The notes under the pieces were generated by a model, which ran no database searches, was not told the DNA's origin, and saw only the letters and a list, made by a program, of their open reading frames with translations. A DNA stretch of 64,000 bases, taken from positions 1-64,000 of the forward strand of contig JBHIAH010000001.1 in the NCBI GenBank assembly GCA_046758505.1. Reading direction: 5' to 3'. The translations under genes and the position numbers were made by a program. Positions 28,328-38,321 of the stretch are shown one piece after another; position 1 is the first letter of the stretch; every line of letters starts with the position of its first letter. This DNA comes from Candidatus Methylomirabilales bacterium (GTDB lineage: Bacteria; Methylomirabilota; Methylomirabilia; Methylomirabilales; CSP1-5).

Positions 28328-28343
28328 GGCAACCTCCATGCCA
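28328..28343 (-). promoter_or_regulatory. Sigma-54 promoter
   Basis: TGGCATGGAGGTTGCC, GG-N10-GC. Confidence 0.7.
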
Positions 28344-28457
28344 GGCCGGGAGAAGGCTCAACATGCGTGAGAGCGATTGCTCTGGTCTCTATGGTTTTCC
28401 TGCAAAAGCCTCAATGCGAGTCTGAGAGGTAGCGGGAGTTTTCTTATCAAGTGAAAG

Positions 28458-28493
28458 TGTAAGGTTTACATCGTGGGGATGGTAAGAGTTACC
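28458..28493. promoter_or_regulatory. Tandem palindromes, candidate enhancer sites for a sigma-54 activator
   Basis: TGTAAGGTTTACA (28458-28470) and GGTAAGAGTTACC (28481-28493). Confidence 0.55.
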
Positions 28494-28616
28494 GAGAGGG
28501 GATGATCGACGCGGACACCGACAGGAGAGATGTGGAGAGATGAGAGACCCAATTGCACAAGACGTACGGGTAACTTCGTTATCGGGATTTCTGCGAGAAC
28601 TCCTCCGCGAGAAAAA

Positions 28617-29117
28617 TCAGAAATCGGCGGGGACCACCCTGCGGATGTACGGGGAAAGCCATCGGCTGAGATCGTTCAACTTCACGAGGTCAAACGTGGA
28701 GAAGTTCGGCCCGGCGTCTTTCGAGGAACGCCCCTTTCTGCTTACCTGCATCACCCCGAGGGCCTGTCCCCAGGGAATGAGAAGGGGAGCGGAGACCATC
28801 TTCTGGATCTCCAGCGGCCTATCTTCCTTGATCCGGATCCGCTCGTAGACATCCAGGTGTTTGATCCGCGGGAGGTCGTTGTCGATGCGCCCCCTCCCCG
28901 CCTGGAGGACTTTCCCGGCGATACTGGTGGCGCTCACCGGAAATGTGTTTATTTTCTCCGCGTACAGGATGAAGGGGTAAGCGAACCTCAGCATCAACCG
29001 ATGCTGTCGCAAGAGGAGAATCGCGACCTCATCCTCCTGTACCGAGAAGGCCCGCGCGACCGCCAATGCGAGGTTGTCCGTGAGCCGCTCGAAGAGATCC
29101 GGCGGCGCCACGCCCAT
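28617..29117 (-). CDS. Stand-alone GAF domain protein (start uncertain)
   Basis: SIAGKV, MVSAPLL...LGVMQVSRK...FSTFDL GAF pattern. Confidence 0.75.
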   Translation of the reverse strand: MGVAPPDLFERLTDNLALAVARAFSVQEDEVAILLLRQHRLMLRFAYPFILYAEKINTFPVSATSIAGKVLQAGRGRIDNDLPRIKHLDVYERIRIKEDRPLEIQKMVSAPLLIPWGQALGVMQVSRKGRSSKDAGPNFSTFDLVKLNDLSRWLSPYIRRVVPADF

Positions 29118-29467
29118 CTTTTGGAAGATCTCGAGCTCCCACCTGATTCTCAGGGGGACTTGGCCAGCCACGCGCCTGAGCAGGAGTCGCCGCTGGACCG
29201 TCCGCCCCCCGAGAGAGACCTTCCCCGCCCGTCGAGGATCCACGTCGCGCTTCACCTCCTCCTGGGGCTCCCTCGCAGGCAACAGTTATGCCAAATACAA
29301 CTGACCATGCAAAATCAAATGGTTAGAGTGCCTAAGAGACCCTGCGGCAGGCGAGGTTGCAGCAATTCCGGACACACAGGAGCTATACGAATCCCGCTTG
29401 GCCCCCCTCGACCATAAAGACACAGGGGAAAGCGGCAAGCGCGGCAGGGGGACCTGGTTCCTGCGAA

Positions 29468-30877
29468 TCAGAACGGAGCAACCTGCTCCGCGGTCGGCTC
29501 CGCTCAGCAATACCACGGTTCGGTGAGGTACGGGATCGTGACGCGGGGGGGGGCCTCGGCCGTGGGGGGTAGGGGGCGGACGGACCGCTGGGACGCCCGC
29601 TCGGCGAGCAACCAGACCTGCGAAAAGATTTCGCGCCGGCCATCCCCGCGCGCCGCGGCCGCCTCGACGAGCGCCTGAATGTCCGCCTGCAGCTGATCGA
29701 CCCGGGGAACACAGTGCCGCCAGGGGTAGACGAGGGCACCCTCGTCAAACGGCCCCACCATCCGCCGAACCTCGGGGAGCTCCAAGAGCTTTGAACCGGC
29801 AGGGATCAACAGCCGCATCGCGAGCTGAATGGGGGCGACATGGTCGATGAGATCGAGCGCTGCCAAAATCGAGAGCAGCTCCTGGTAGCCCTCGATCGAG
29901 ATCCACGGCGTGAATGCCACGAAGGTCGGGTTCAGGATCAGTCCGGCCTCGCGACAGAGGCGGACGACCTGAATAAAATCCTCCCGGGTATGACCCTTGT
30001 CCAGCAGGGCAAGCGTGCGCTCATCGACGGATTCCACCGCACTGGTGACAAACAGGCACCCGGTCTCTTTGAGTGTTCTCAGGTGCTCCGCGTACTTCAG
30101 GAGGTGCTCAATTTTTGTGGTTACGTCATAGGTGAGGTGCGGGTGTTCCCCGTGCAGCCCCCGGACCAGGGCCAGGGAATGCCCAATCCCGTTGAAAAAG
30201 TCGGGGTCACCGAAGGTGATGTGCTCCGCGCCAGCCGCCACCTGGTGCCTGATATCTTCCAGGACCACATCCCGCTGCACGATCCGGAATTGCCCCTGAT
30301 AGACCGGAACGACCGGGCAGTGGCGACACCAGTGCTTGCAGCCCCGGCTTGCTTCTGTATAGCCCACGGTGCGAGACTGCCCATTCCCGAGTTCGAGCCG
30401 CGCATACTTCGACAGGGCCGCCAGCCCCGTCCGGTCCGGGACCAGAAACCGTTGCCTGGCCAACGAGACGGGGGGCTCAACCTGAGAGACTCTCCTCTCC
30501 GTCGCCGGCGCAGCACCGAGCCGCGCCACCAGACTCACCAGTCCTGCTTCGAACTCCCCCCCGAGGATAGAATCCGCACCCAGCTTTCGCAGGAAGGCCT
30601 CATTCATCGAGGCGTAGAGGCCGTAAAAGCAGAGATGAGCGTACGGATTGAGTCCCTGAACCCGCTCGACGACCCGTGTCGCGATGCGCGTCGCCGTGTG
30701 CATCGGCAGATAGAACGCCACGACGTCAGCGGCACGGATCGCCTCCTCGTTCAGGTGCTCCACGGCCAGGTCGAGACACGTCACCCGGGCACCGGCCCGC
30801 CGGAGCCAGGCGGCGGGTGAGGCAAGCCCAAAGGGCTGCCGACCCAATTCGTACGTGGAGATCAGCACGACGTGCAT
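29468..30877 (-). CDS. CUAEP-tail radical SAM selenoprotein (UGA at 29504-29506 read as Sec)
   Basis: SRGCKHWCRHC CxxxCxxC; the C-terminus continues EPWYC-U-AEPTAEQVAPF* past the UGA. Confidence 0.9.
29474..29490 (-). promoter_or_regulatory. Bacterial SECIS-like hairpin
   Basis: CGGAGCA-GGT-TGCTCCG perfect 7-bp stem 13 nt after the UGA, with a G-containing apical loop. Confidence 0.75.
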
Positions 30878-30980
30878 CGCAGACTCTTTACCACAAGCCA
30901 GGACACGCGGAAGAGAAGACACCTTCCCGGCGCCCCCTTGGGGGGCATCGGGGGCGCTTTTTCAGGAGCCTTCGCAGGCG

Positions 30981-31577
30981 TCAGGCGAGAGGAGAGTGCC
31001 CACCCTTGGATGGCTGATAGTACGGATTATTCCCGGCAGCGTGGTCGGTGGTGTCGATGATCTGGGTGATCCCGGGGACCGCCTCTTTGATCATCACCTC
31101 AATCCCCTGTTTCAGGGTCACGTCAGCCATCCCGCACCCCTGGCAACCCCCGCCGAGGGCGATGTAGGCGATGTCGTCCTTCACGTCGAGGAGCGCGACG
31201 TGTCCGCCGTGCGTTGCCACGCCCGGGTTGATCTGGGTATCGATCACCTCTTGCACGGCCTGCGCCTTCGGCTCGGTCCAGAGGGGGTTCGGGTTGTCAA
31301 TCTTGAAGCCGCTTTCGTACATCCCGTCGACGTAGTCGACCGTCGCACCCTTGAGGTTCGGCGCGCTCTCAGGATCGATGACCACCTGGAGACCCCCGAC
31401 GTCGGCCACGGTGTCTTCAGCCTCTTTCTCCTCTTCTCCCACAAACTGAAGCTCATACCGGAAACCGCCGGGACCGCGCCCCTTAATTGCCACGCGCAGC
31501 GCGAGACCCGTCTGCCCTTCGGCCTCCATGAGCGCCAGGATCTTCTTTGTCGCCGCCTCGGTGATTGTGAGCATCAT
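30981..31577 (-). CDS. nfuA: NfuA-type Fe-S carrier (degenerate A-type domain plus NifU-C)
   Basis: LTITEAA, GATVDY...GFKIDNPN, INPGVATHGG, GGGCQGCG. Confidence 0.9.
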   Translation of the reverse strand: MMLTITEAATKKILALMEAEGQTGLALRVAIKGRGPGGFRYELQFVGEEEKEAEDTVADVGGLQVVIDPESAPNLKGATVDYVDGMYESGFKIDNPNPLWTEPKAQAVQEVIDTQINPGVATHGGHVALLDVKDDIAYIALGGGCQGCGMADVTLKQGIEVMIKEAVPGITQIIDTTDHAAGNNPYYQPSKGGHSPLA

Positions 31578-31692
31578 CTCCTCCTTACAGGCTTACAGGG
31601 CTCAACACCCTGAGTGATTCCGTTCCACCTTTCATTCTCCGAGGATCAGACCCTCGGGTCAATGCCACCGCGTGAGGGCCTTCGCCCCATCA

Positions 31693-33015
31693 TCACTGTA
31701 ATCCTAGTCTCAACCGTTGGCGCCTGTCAACCCGAAGATTCGCGCCGGCAGCACCCTCCCCCTGCTCGGGCTTCTCGGCGGGAGGGGTAATGAGGAACGT
31801 GAGCCGACCATGCGCCTCACGCAGCGCCGCCTCGACGCCTTCCGCGGTCTCGCCGCGGGCGAAGATGAACCCCAGGTACCGCCCCCCTTCCGGCGGGGGG
31901 ACGACCTCGTGCCCCACGGGGATGGTCAGCCTGATCTCTTCAATCCCTGGCACACGGTGGGCCTCCTCCTGGCCCCGCACCTCGCGGAGGATCCCGGCCT
32001 GGGGGATCGGGATCATCATCACCCCCGCGGCCCGCCTCTCCCGCTCGAGCGACGCCACCCCGAGCCCCATCGTCTGCCGGAGGATCAGCTCCTCCAGGGA
32101 GATCCCCGCGCCGAAGCGCAGCGTGCGGGAACATAACCCCCCGATGGAGCGGGGGGCAATCTCGAGGATCCACGCCCCCTCGTCGTTCACCCGGAGCTCC
32201 GCATGGACCGGCCCGTGCTCGAGGCCGAGCGCCCTCACCGCCTCCGCCGTGCAGCCGACGATCGATTGCTGCACGGACGTCGGGAGGCGTGACGGCGTGA
32301 CGTAGATCGTCTCCTCAAAGAAGGGACCCTCCAGGGGATCCGGCTTATCGAAGAGGGCCAGCACCCGGAGCTCGCCCTTGACGAGGAGTCCCTCGAGCGC
32401 CACCTCCACCCCCGGAATGAAGGTTTCCACCAGGATCTGCCGCGCCAACGTACCCCCCTGGGCCGCCACCTCCGGCTGACGCAAGATACCAGCAACCCAC
32501 TGAAATCCCGCACCGAACTGCGCGGGCGTGTCGGCGCGGATGACCCCGCGGCTTGCGGAGAGAAACAGGGGCTTGATCACGCAGGGGAAACTCACCCGGC
32601 CGGCCACCTCGTCCGGATCCTCATCAATGGAGAAGCAGGCAAAGCGCGGTGAGGGGACGCCGGCCGCCGCCAGGACCTCCCGCATGCGGTGTTTGTTTCG
32701 GGCGGCGGCGACCGCATCCACAGGGTTGTGGGGCAGTCCCAGCGCTGCCGCCGCCATCGCCGCCAGGATCGCGCCGTCATCATCGGCGGCGACCACGGCC
32801 CGGATCGGGTACCGTTTGGCAAACTCAACGATGGCACACGTCGCCTCCTCCGGGGCCAGGAAGTCCAAAGTGAGACTTCCACCGGGATTCGCCGCCGACA
32901 AGACCTGCGGGCGGTCGGATCCGACCACCACGGGCACGGCAAGCCGCCGCGCCGCCTCGAGGAATGCCCTCGCCTTGTACGTCGTGGTCGTCATGAGAAG
33001 CAGAATACGCTGCAT
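31693..33015 (-). CDS. ATP-grasp domain protein
   Basis: RNKHRMR, FPCVIKP..LSASRGV, VETFIPGVE, HAELRV, LEIAPR. Confidence 0.9.
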   Translation of the reverse strand: MQRILLLMTTTTYKARAFLEAARRLAVPVVVGSDRPQVLSAANPGGSLTLDFLAPEEATCAIVEFAKRYPIRAVVAADDDGAILAAMAAAALGLPHNPVDAVAAARNKHRMREVLAAAGVPSPRFACFSIDEDPDEVAGRVSFPCVIKPLFLSASRGVIRADTPAQFGAGFQWVAGILRQPEVAAQGGTLARQILVETFIPGVEVALEGLLVKGELRVLALFDKPDPLEGPFFEETIYVTPSRLPTSVQQSIVGCTAEAVRALGLEHGPVHAELRVNDEGAWILEIAPRSIGGLCSRTLRFGAGISLEELILRQTMGLGVASLERERRAAGVMMIPIPQAGILREVRGQEEAHRVPGIEEIRLTIPVGHEVVPPPEGGRYLGFIFARGETAEGVEAALREAHGRLTFLITPPAEKPEQGEGAAGANLRVDRRQRLRLGLQ

Positions 33016-33117
33016 CGATCCCAGCCCCTTTCACATCGCCGGGGCTCGCCACCGGAGTCCCCAACAGACAGGGCACCGCTTCTGCGCACATCGAATCGGG
33101 GCGGCCGGCCTCCCGGA

Positions 33118-34512
33118 TCAGGCGTTCTTCACGGCGCTCGCCAGCTTGACCAGAGAGTCCCTGGCATCCCCAAAGAGCATCATGGTCTTCTCATGGTAGA
33201 AGAGTTCATTCTCGATCCCGGCGAACCCGGGATTCATGCTTCGCTTCAGGACGATCACGTGGCCGGCCTTATCCACATCGAGGATCGGCATCCCGTAGAT
33301 CGGACTGTTGGGGGAGTTGCGAGCGGCCGGATTCACCACGTCGTTCGCGCCGACGACCAAGACCACATCCGTCCGTTCAAATTCGGCGTTAATGTCGTCC
33401 ATATCGTAGAGCTGCGGATAGGGGACATTGGCCTCCGCCAACAGCACATTCATGTGTCCCGGCATCCTGCCGGCCACGGGGTGAATGGCGTACTTGACGG
33501 TCACGCCTCTCTTTTCGAGGAGGTCGGCGAGATCCCGCACCTGATGCTGGGCCTGGGCGACGGCCAATCCATACCCCGGAGCGACGATGACCGAGCGGGC
33601 GTAGGCGAGCAGCACCGCCGCGTCATCCGCCGACGTCTCGCGCACCCCCCGGGCCGCGAGGGCACCCCCGCCGTCGCCCGCCGCTGTGGCAACCTGAGCC
33701 CCGAACCCGCCGAATAGGACATTGGCGAAAGACCGGTTCATCGCCCGGCACATGATCTGGGTGAGGATGATGCCCGAGGCGCCGACCAGTGCCCCGCTGA
33801 TGATCAGGCCGTGGTTTGAGATCACAAACCCGGTCGTGGCGGCCGCCAATCCCGAGTAGGAGTTGAGGAGGCAGATGACGACCGGCATGTCGGCCCCACC
33901 GATCGGAATCACGACGAGCACACCCAGGGCCAGGGCGATCGCGTTCATCCCGATGAACACGCCGGCATGGCCGGGCGAGATCACCAGGTAGGTCCCCATG
34001 CCGAAGACGGACAGAAAGAGGACCAGGTTGAGCAGGTGCTGGAACCGAAAGAGCACCGGCCGCCCAGAGATGATCTCCTGGAGCTTCCCGGCGGCGATGA
34101 TGCTCCCGGAGAGCGTCACCCCCCCGATGAGCGTGCTCGCATAGATGCTGACGGCCGTGTCCATCGTGAGGAGGGACCCGGGCTGCATGAGCCGATGCCA
34201 CGCCGCCGCCGCCACGAGCTGCGAGGCCCCGCCGCCAAAGCCGTTCAAGATCCCCACCATTTGCGGCATGGCGGTCATCTTGACCGCGCGGGCCATCCAG
34301 AGGCCGAGGAGCGACCCGACCACGCCCCCGACGACGATCCACTGGAAGCTCAAGATCTGCCGGTCAAAGAGGGTCGCGACGATCGCGATGAGCATGCCGA
34401 TTGCGGAGAGGAAATTCCCCCCGCGCGCCGTCGCCGGCGAGGCGAGACGCTTGAGGCCGACGATGAACAGGACGACGGCAACAAGATAGGCGAGTTCGAT
34501 GAAAGCACTCAT
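33118..34512 (-). CDS. pntB: NAD(P) transhydrogenase beta subunit
   Basis: IGGADMPVVI, PGYGLAVAQAQH, HPVAGRMPGHMNVLLAEA. Confidence 0.97.
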   Translation of the reverse strand: MSAFIELAYLVAVVLFIVGLKRLASPATARGGNFLSAIGMLIAIVATLFDRQILSFQWIVVGGVVGSLLGLWMARAVKMTAMPQMVGILNGFGGGASQLVAAAAWHRLMQPGSLLTMDTAVSIYASTLIGGVTLSGSIIAAGKLQEIISGRPVLFRFQHLLNLVLFLSVFGMGTYLVISPGHAGVFIGMNAIALALGVLVVIPIGGADMPVVICLLNSYSGLAAATTGFVISNHGLIISGALVGASGIILTQIMCRAMNRSFANVLFGGFGAQVATAAGDGGGALAARGVRETSADDAAVLLAYARSVIVAPGYGLAVAQAQHQVRDLADLLEKRGVTVKYAIHPVAGRMPGHMNVLLAEANVPYPQLYDMDDINAEFERTDVVLVVGANDVVNPAARNSPNSPIYGMPILDVDKAGHVIVLKRSMNPGFAGIENELFYHEKTMMLFGDARDSLVKLASAVKNA

Positions 34513-34808
34513 TGCCGCTCGCCCTCCGGCTTCCGCTTGAACATCTGGAGCATCCGGTCAGTCACGACGTAGCCGCCGACCACGTTGATCATGGCGAACG
34601 CCACCGCAACGGTCCCGAAGACCGTGGCGAGCGTCGTCGCTCCCATCCCCGCCACGACCATCGAGCCGATGATCGTGATGCCGGAGACGGCGTTCGACCC
34701 AGACATGAGCGGCGTGTGCAGCGTGGCGGGGACCTTCGTAATGACCTCGAAGCCCACGAACATCGCGAGGACGAATATCACCAGGAGGATAACCAGGCCT
34801 TCGCTCAT
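34509..34808 (-). CDS. pntA: NAD(P) transhydrogenase alpha subunit, part 2
   Basis: LHTPLMSGSNAVSG, NVVGGYVVTDRML. Confidence 0.95.
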   Translation of the reverse strand: MSEGLVILLVIFVLAMFVGFEVITKVPATLHTPLMSGSNAVSGITIIGSMVVAGMGATTLATVFGTVAVAFAMINVVGGYVVTDRMLQMFKRKPEGERQ

Positions 34809-35932
34809 GGGTGTCTGACCCTCCCCTCGTGCGTGATACAGGTGTCATTCGTGATCGGGTCGTCGAAATCGAGTTGGAGCTTCGTGTCGCGCACCAGGTG
34901 GAGCAGGAAGCTCACGATATTCTTCGAATACATCTGACTGGCGTGCACGGGCATCGAGCTCGGGACATTAAGCGGCCCGTGGATGGTCACGCCGTGTGGG
35001 GTGGCCGTGCGGCCGGGCTCGGTCAGTTCGCAGTTGCCCCCCATCTCTGCCGCCAGGTCCACAATCACCGAACCCGCCTTCATATCCCGGACCATCTCCC
35101 GGGTGATGAGGATCGGGGCAGGTTTTCCCGGAATCAGCGCCGTGGTGATGACGATATCCGCCCCCTTCACATGCTGGTGAAGCAGCGCCTTCTCCCGGTC
35201 CTGCGACTCCCGGGAAAGCGCTCGTGCGTAACCGCCAGCATCTTCGGCCTCCTCGCCCGCAACATCCAGCTCAAGAAAGGTTGCCCCCAGGCTTTCCACT
35301 TGCTCCTTCACGGCAGGTCGGACGTCGTACGCCTGGACCATCGCCCCCAGCCGGCGCGTAGTGGCGATCGCCTGCAGGCCGGCCACACCCGCCCCCAGAA
35401 CGAGGACCTTGGCCGGTGGCACCGTGCCGGCGGCCGTGACCAGCATCGGGAAAAATTTCCCCAGCGAGCTGGCGGCGATCAGGGCGGCCTTGTACCCCGC
35501 GACCGTACCCTGCGATGACAGGACATCCATCTTCTGGGCCCGGGCGATGCGGGGAATGCAGTCCATGCTAAAGCTCGTGATCTTCCGCTCGGCCAACCGC
35601 TGTACCAGGTCGGGGTGGCTGGAAGGCTGGAGCATCGTAATCAGCGCCGCGCCTTCCTGCATCAGCTCCACCTCGTGCCGGCCCAGGGTCCCGTTCGCCA
35701 CGGGGGGTTGCACCTTGAGGACCACGTTCGCCTGACCCAGGAGGGCGCGCGCATCGGCAACGAGCGTGGCTCCGGCCTCTGCATAGCCGCGATCCGAAAA
35801 AGAGGCACTCGCGCCGGCCCCCGCCTCAACCAAGACCTCGGTCCCTTCTTTCACCAGCGGGCCCACGCCGTCGGGAACCAGGGCCACCCGGCTCTCGTTC
35901 GGCACGATTTCTTTGGGGACGCCGACCCTCAT
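34805..35932 (-). CDS. pntA: NAD(P) transhydrogenase alpha subunit, part 1
   Basis: GVPKE...ESRVAL, PRIARAQKMDVLSS, GAGVAGLQAI. Confidence 0.95.
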   Translation of the reverse strand: MRVGVPKEIVPNESRVALVPDGVGPLVKEGTEVLVEAGAGASASFSDRGYAEAGATLVADARALLGQANVVLKVQPPVANGTLGRHEVELMQEGAALITMLQPSSHPDLVQRLAERKITSFSMDCIPRIARAQKMDVLSSQGTVAGYKAALIAASSLGKFFPMLVTAAGTVPPAKVLVLGAGVAGLQAIATTRRLGAMVQAYDVRPAVKEQVESLGATFLELDVAGEEAEDAGGYARALSRESQDREKALLHQHVKGADIVITTALIPGKPAPILITREMVRDMKAGSVIVDLAAEMGGNCELTEPGRTATPHGVTIHGPLNVPSSMPVHASQMYSKNIVSFLLHLVRDTKLQLDFDDPITNDTCITHEGRVRHP

Positions 35933-36098
35933 GCTCTCCTCCTTCTGAAGCTTCTATAAACGTAACATCAGACGCTATACGGTGCAACGGCGCTCCGCCG
36001 GGACGGGCACGGGGCGAAGGCGCCTCAAACCCTCTCAGCTCCGAAAATACGGGTGCCGTGACGATGCCTCAGACTCAAACCCGTTGTTTTTCCCAAGA

Positions 36099-37310
36099 CT
36101 AGTTGATGGCACCGGATTCACGTAGGCGGGCGATCTCGGAGGGATCGAGGCCCAGCCAGACCAACACCTCGTCGGTATGTTGGCCCAACAGGGGGGCGGG
36201 CCGGCGGATCTGTCCCGGGGTGAGGGAGAGCTTCACCGGGATCCCAATGTTGTTGATCTTTCCGGCCACCGGATGCTCCAGCTCCACGAGCATGCCCCTG
36301 TCCCGGACATGGGGGTCTCCGTAGACGTCGGCCATATTATAAATCGGTCCGGCCGGCACCCCGGCAGTCTCCAAACGGGCGAGCCACTCCGCCGTCTTCC
36401 GCTCATGAAAGACGGGCTGGAGAAGGGCACCGAGCTCCTGGTAATGCCGGACCCGATCGGCGTTGGTCCGGAAGCGCGGGTCCTCGAGCAGATCCCGCCG
36501 TCCCAGGACTCCGCAGAGCTTCTCCCAGGTGGACTGATTCGCGGCACCGATGCTGATGGCGCCGTCGGCCGTCTCGAAGACCTGGTAGGGCGCATTCAGG
36601 CGATGGGCAGAGCCCATGGGCCGGGGGATCTCTCCCGAGGCAAAGTAGATGGCAGATTCCCAGAACGTGTACGCCAAGGCCCCCTCCAGGAGGGAGGTAT
36701 CCACGTACTGTCCCTCCCCCGTCTTCAAGCGGTGGACATAGGCCGCCAGGACGCCGTAGGCTGCGTACATCCCCGCGCTGAGATCGGAGATAGGGACCCC
36801 CACTTTCGTGGGGGGGCCATCCGGGTGTCCGGTCACACTGATGAGGCCGCTCATCCCCTGGGCGACGAGATCGAAGCCACCGCGACCCCGGTACGGGCCG
36901 GTCCCGCCGAACCCGGAGACGGAGCAATAGATGATCGTGGGATTGATCTGTCGGAGGGCCTCGTAGTGGAAATCCAGGCTTTCCATGGTCCCCGGGCGGA
37001 AGTTCTCCACGAGGATGTCACTCCGCCGGGCGAGGCGTCGAAAGACATCGCGCCCCTCCTCCGATTTGAGATTCAGCACCACACTCCGTTTGTTGCGATT
37101 GATGGCCAGGAAGGCGGCCGATTCCCCATGTATAAAAGGCGGGCCCATGCCCCGGGTATCGTCCCCCCCCTGCGGCTTCTCCACCTTGATCACGTCCGCC
37201 CCCATGTCGGCCAGGAGGAGGGTGCAGAAGGGCCCCGCCATGATCTGGGTCACATCGAGGACCACTACTCCTTCGAGTGGCGTGCGTGCCGTCATCCGAT
37301 TCTCCTGCAC
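36099..37310 (-). CDS. CaiB/BaiF family III CoA-transferase
   Basis: AGPFCT..LADMGADVIKVE, NRNKRS, ENFRPG. Confidence 0.95.
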   Translation of the reverse strand: MQENRMTARTPLEGVVVLDVTQIMAGPFCTLLLADMGADVIKVEKPQGGDDTRGMGPPFIHGESAAFLAINRNKRSVVLNLKSEEGRDVFRRLARRSDILVENFRPGTMESLDFHYEALRQINPTIIYCSVSGFGGTGPYRGRGGFDLVAQGMSGLISVTGHPDGPPTKVGVPISDLSAGMYAAYGVLAAYVHRLKTGEGQYVDTSLLEGALAYTFWESAIYFASGEIPRPMGSAHRLNAPYQVFETADGAISIGAANQSTWEKLCGVLGRRDLLEDPRFRTNADRVRHYQELGALLQPVFHERKTAEWLARLETAGVPAGPIYNMADVYGDPHVRDRGMLVELEHPVAGKINNIGIPVKLSLTPGQIRRPAPLLGQHTDEVLVWLGLDPSEIARLRESGAIN

Positions 37311-37324
37311 GCTCTGCGTGCGGG

Positions 37325-38113
37325 TTACCGCCCCCGAAACGCCGGCTTCCGTTTTTCCAGAAAGGCGCGGCGCCCCTCCTGGAAGTCCTCCGTGTCGAAG
37401 CAGGCAAAGGTAAGCTTAGCCTCTTCGGGGGTGAGGCGGTCGAGGCCGGGGTTCTGAAGAACCGTCTCCAGCATCTGCTTGTGCCAGCGATGGCTCAGCG
37501 GTGCGTAGCCTGCGATCTCAGCCGCCACCTTGTTGGTGTACTGTTCGATCTCGGCCAGCGGGACGAGGCGCGAGATCAACCCAATTCGGAGCGCCTCGTC
37601 GGCCTCGACCAGCCTCGCCGTAAAAAGGATATCCATGACCCGCCCGGAACCCACGAGCCGGACCAGCCGGGACATCTCTTGGTACCCCACCACGATGCCG
37701 AGCTTGGCGGTGGGAATCCCAAACCGGCTGTTGTCGGCGGCGATCCTGAGATCGGTCGCGGTGGCGAGCTCGAGCCCGCCCCCCACACAGAACCCGGCCA
37801 CCATGGCGATTGTCGGTTTGGGGAGATGGGCGATGGCCTCCAAGGCCTCTTCGACCGCCGCGTGATACTTCCTGGCCAGCGTCGAGTTCTTGCGTTGCTC
37901 CTCGAACTCGGCAATATCGGCCCCGGCGGAAAAGGCCTGCGTCCCGGCTCCCCGAAGGACCACCACCCGCACCTCGGGCTTGGCCCCAAGCTCTGCCATG
38001 AAAGCGCCGAGATGCTGCCACATCTCGTAGGTGACGGCATTGCGCTGCGCCGGTCGGTTAATGGTAATGGTGGCAATCCCGCTTTTGATGTCCAGCAAGA
38101 GCTCCTCACTCAT
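37325..38113 (-). CDS. Enoyl-CoA hydratase/isomerase family protein
   Basis: NRPAQRNA, FSAGADI, GGGLEL, DFQEGRRAF; the second catalytic Glu appears replaced (GIPTAKLG). Confidence 0.92.
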   Translation of the reverse strand: MSEELLLDIKSGIATITINRPAQRNAVTYEMWQHLGAFMAELGAKPEVRVVVLRGAGTQAFSAGADIAEFEEQRKNSTLARKYHAAVEEALEAIAHLPKPTIAMVAGFCVGGGLELATATDLRIAADNSRFGIPTAKLGIVVGYQEMSRLVRLVGSGRVMDILFTARLVEADEALRIGLISRLVPLAEIEQYTNKVAAEIAGYAPLSHRWHKQMLETVLQNPGLDRLTPEEAKLTFACFDTEDFQEGRRAFLEKRKPAFRGR

Positions 38114-38321
38114 GGTTTCCCCTCTTCCCGAAATGATTCATCCGATGCTGGTGCCCTTTCCAAATCGCCGACCAGGGCACGTCCCCTTGCCCTCGGGGCC
38201 CCCTCCCGCTGCCCCGACAAAACGCTCGATGTATCTACGCCTGATCGTCAACCTTACAAGATTGACAATACAATCGCAAGCCGGACGAGAGCGAGAAGAG
38301 GCACCGGCCCCCACGCGGAGC

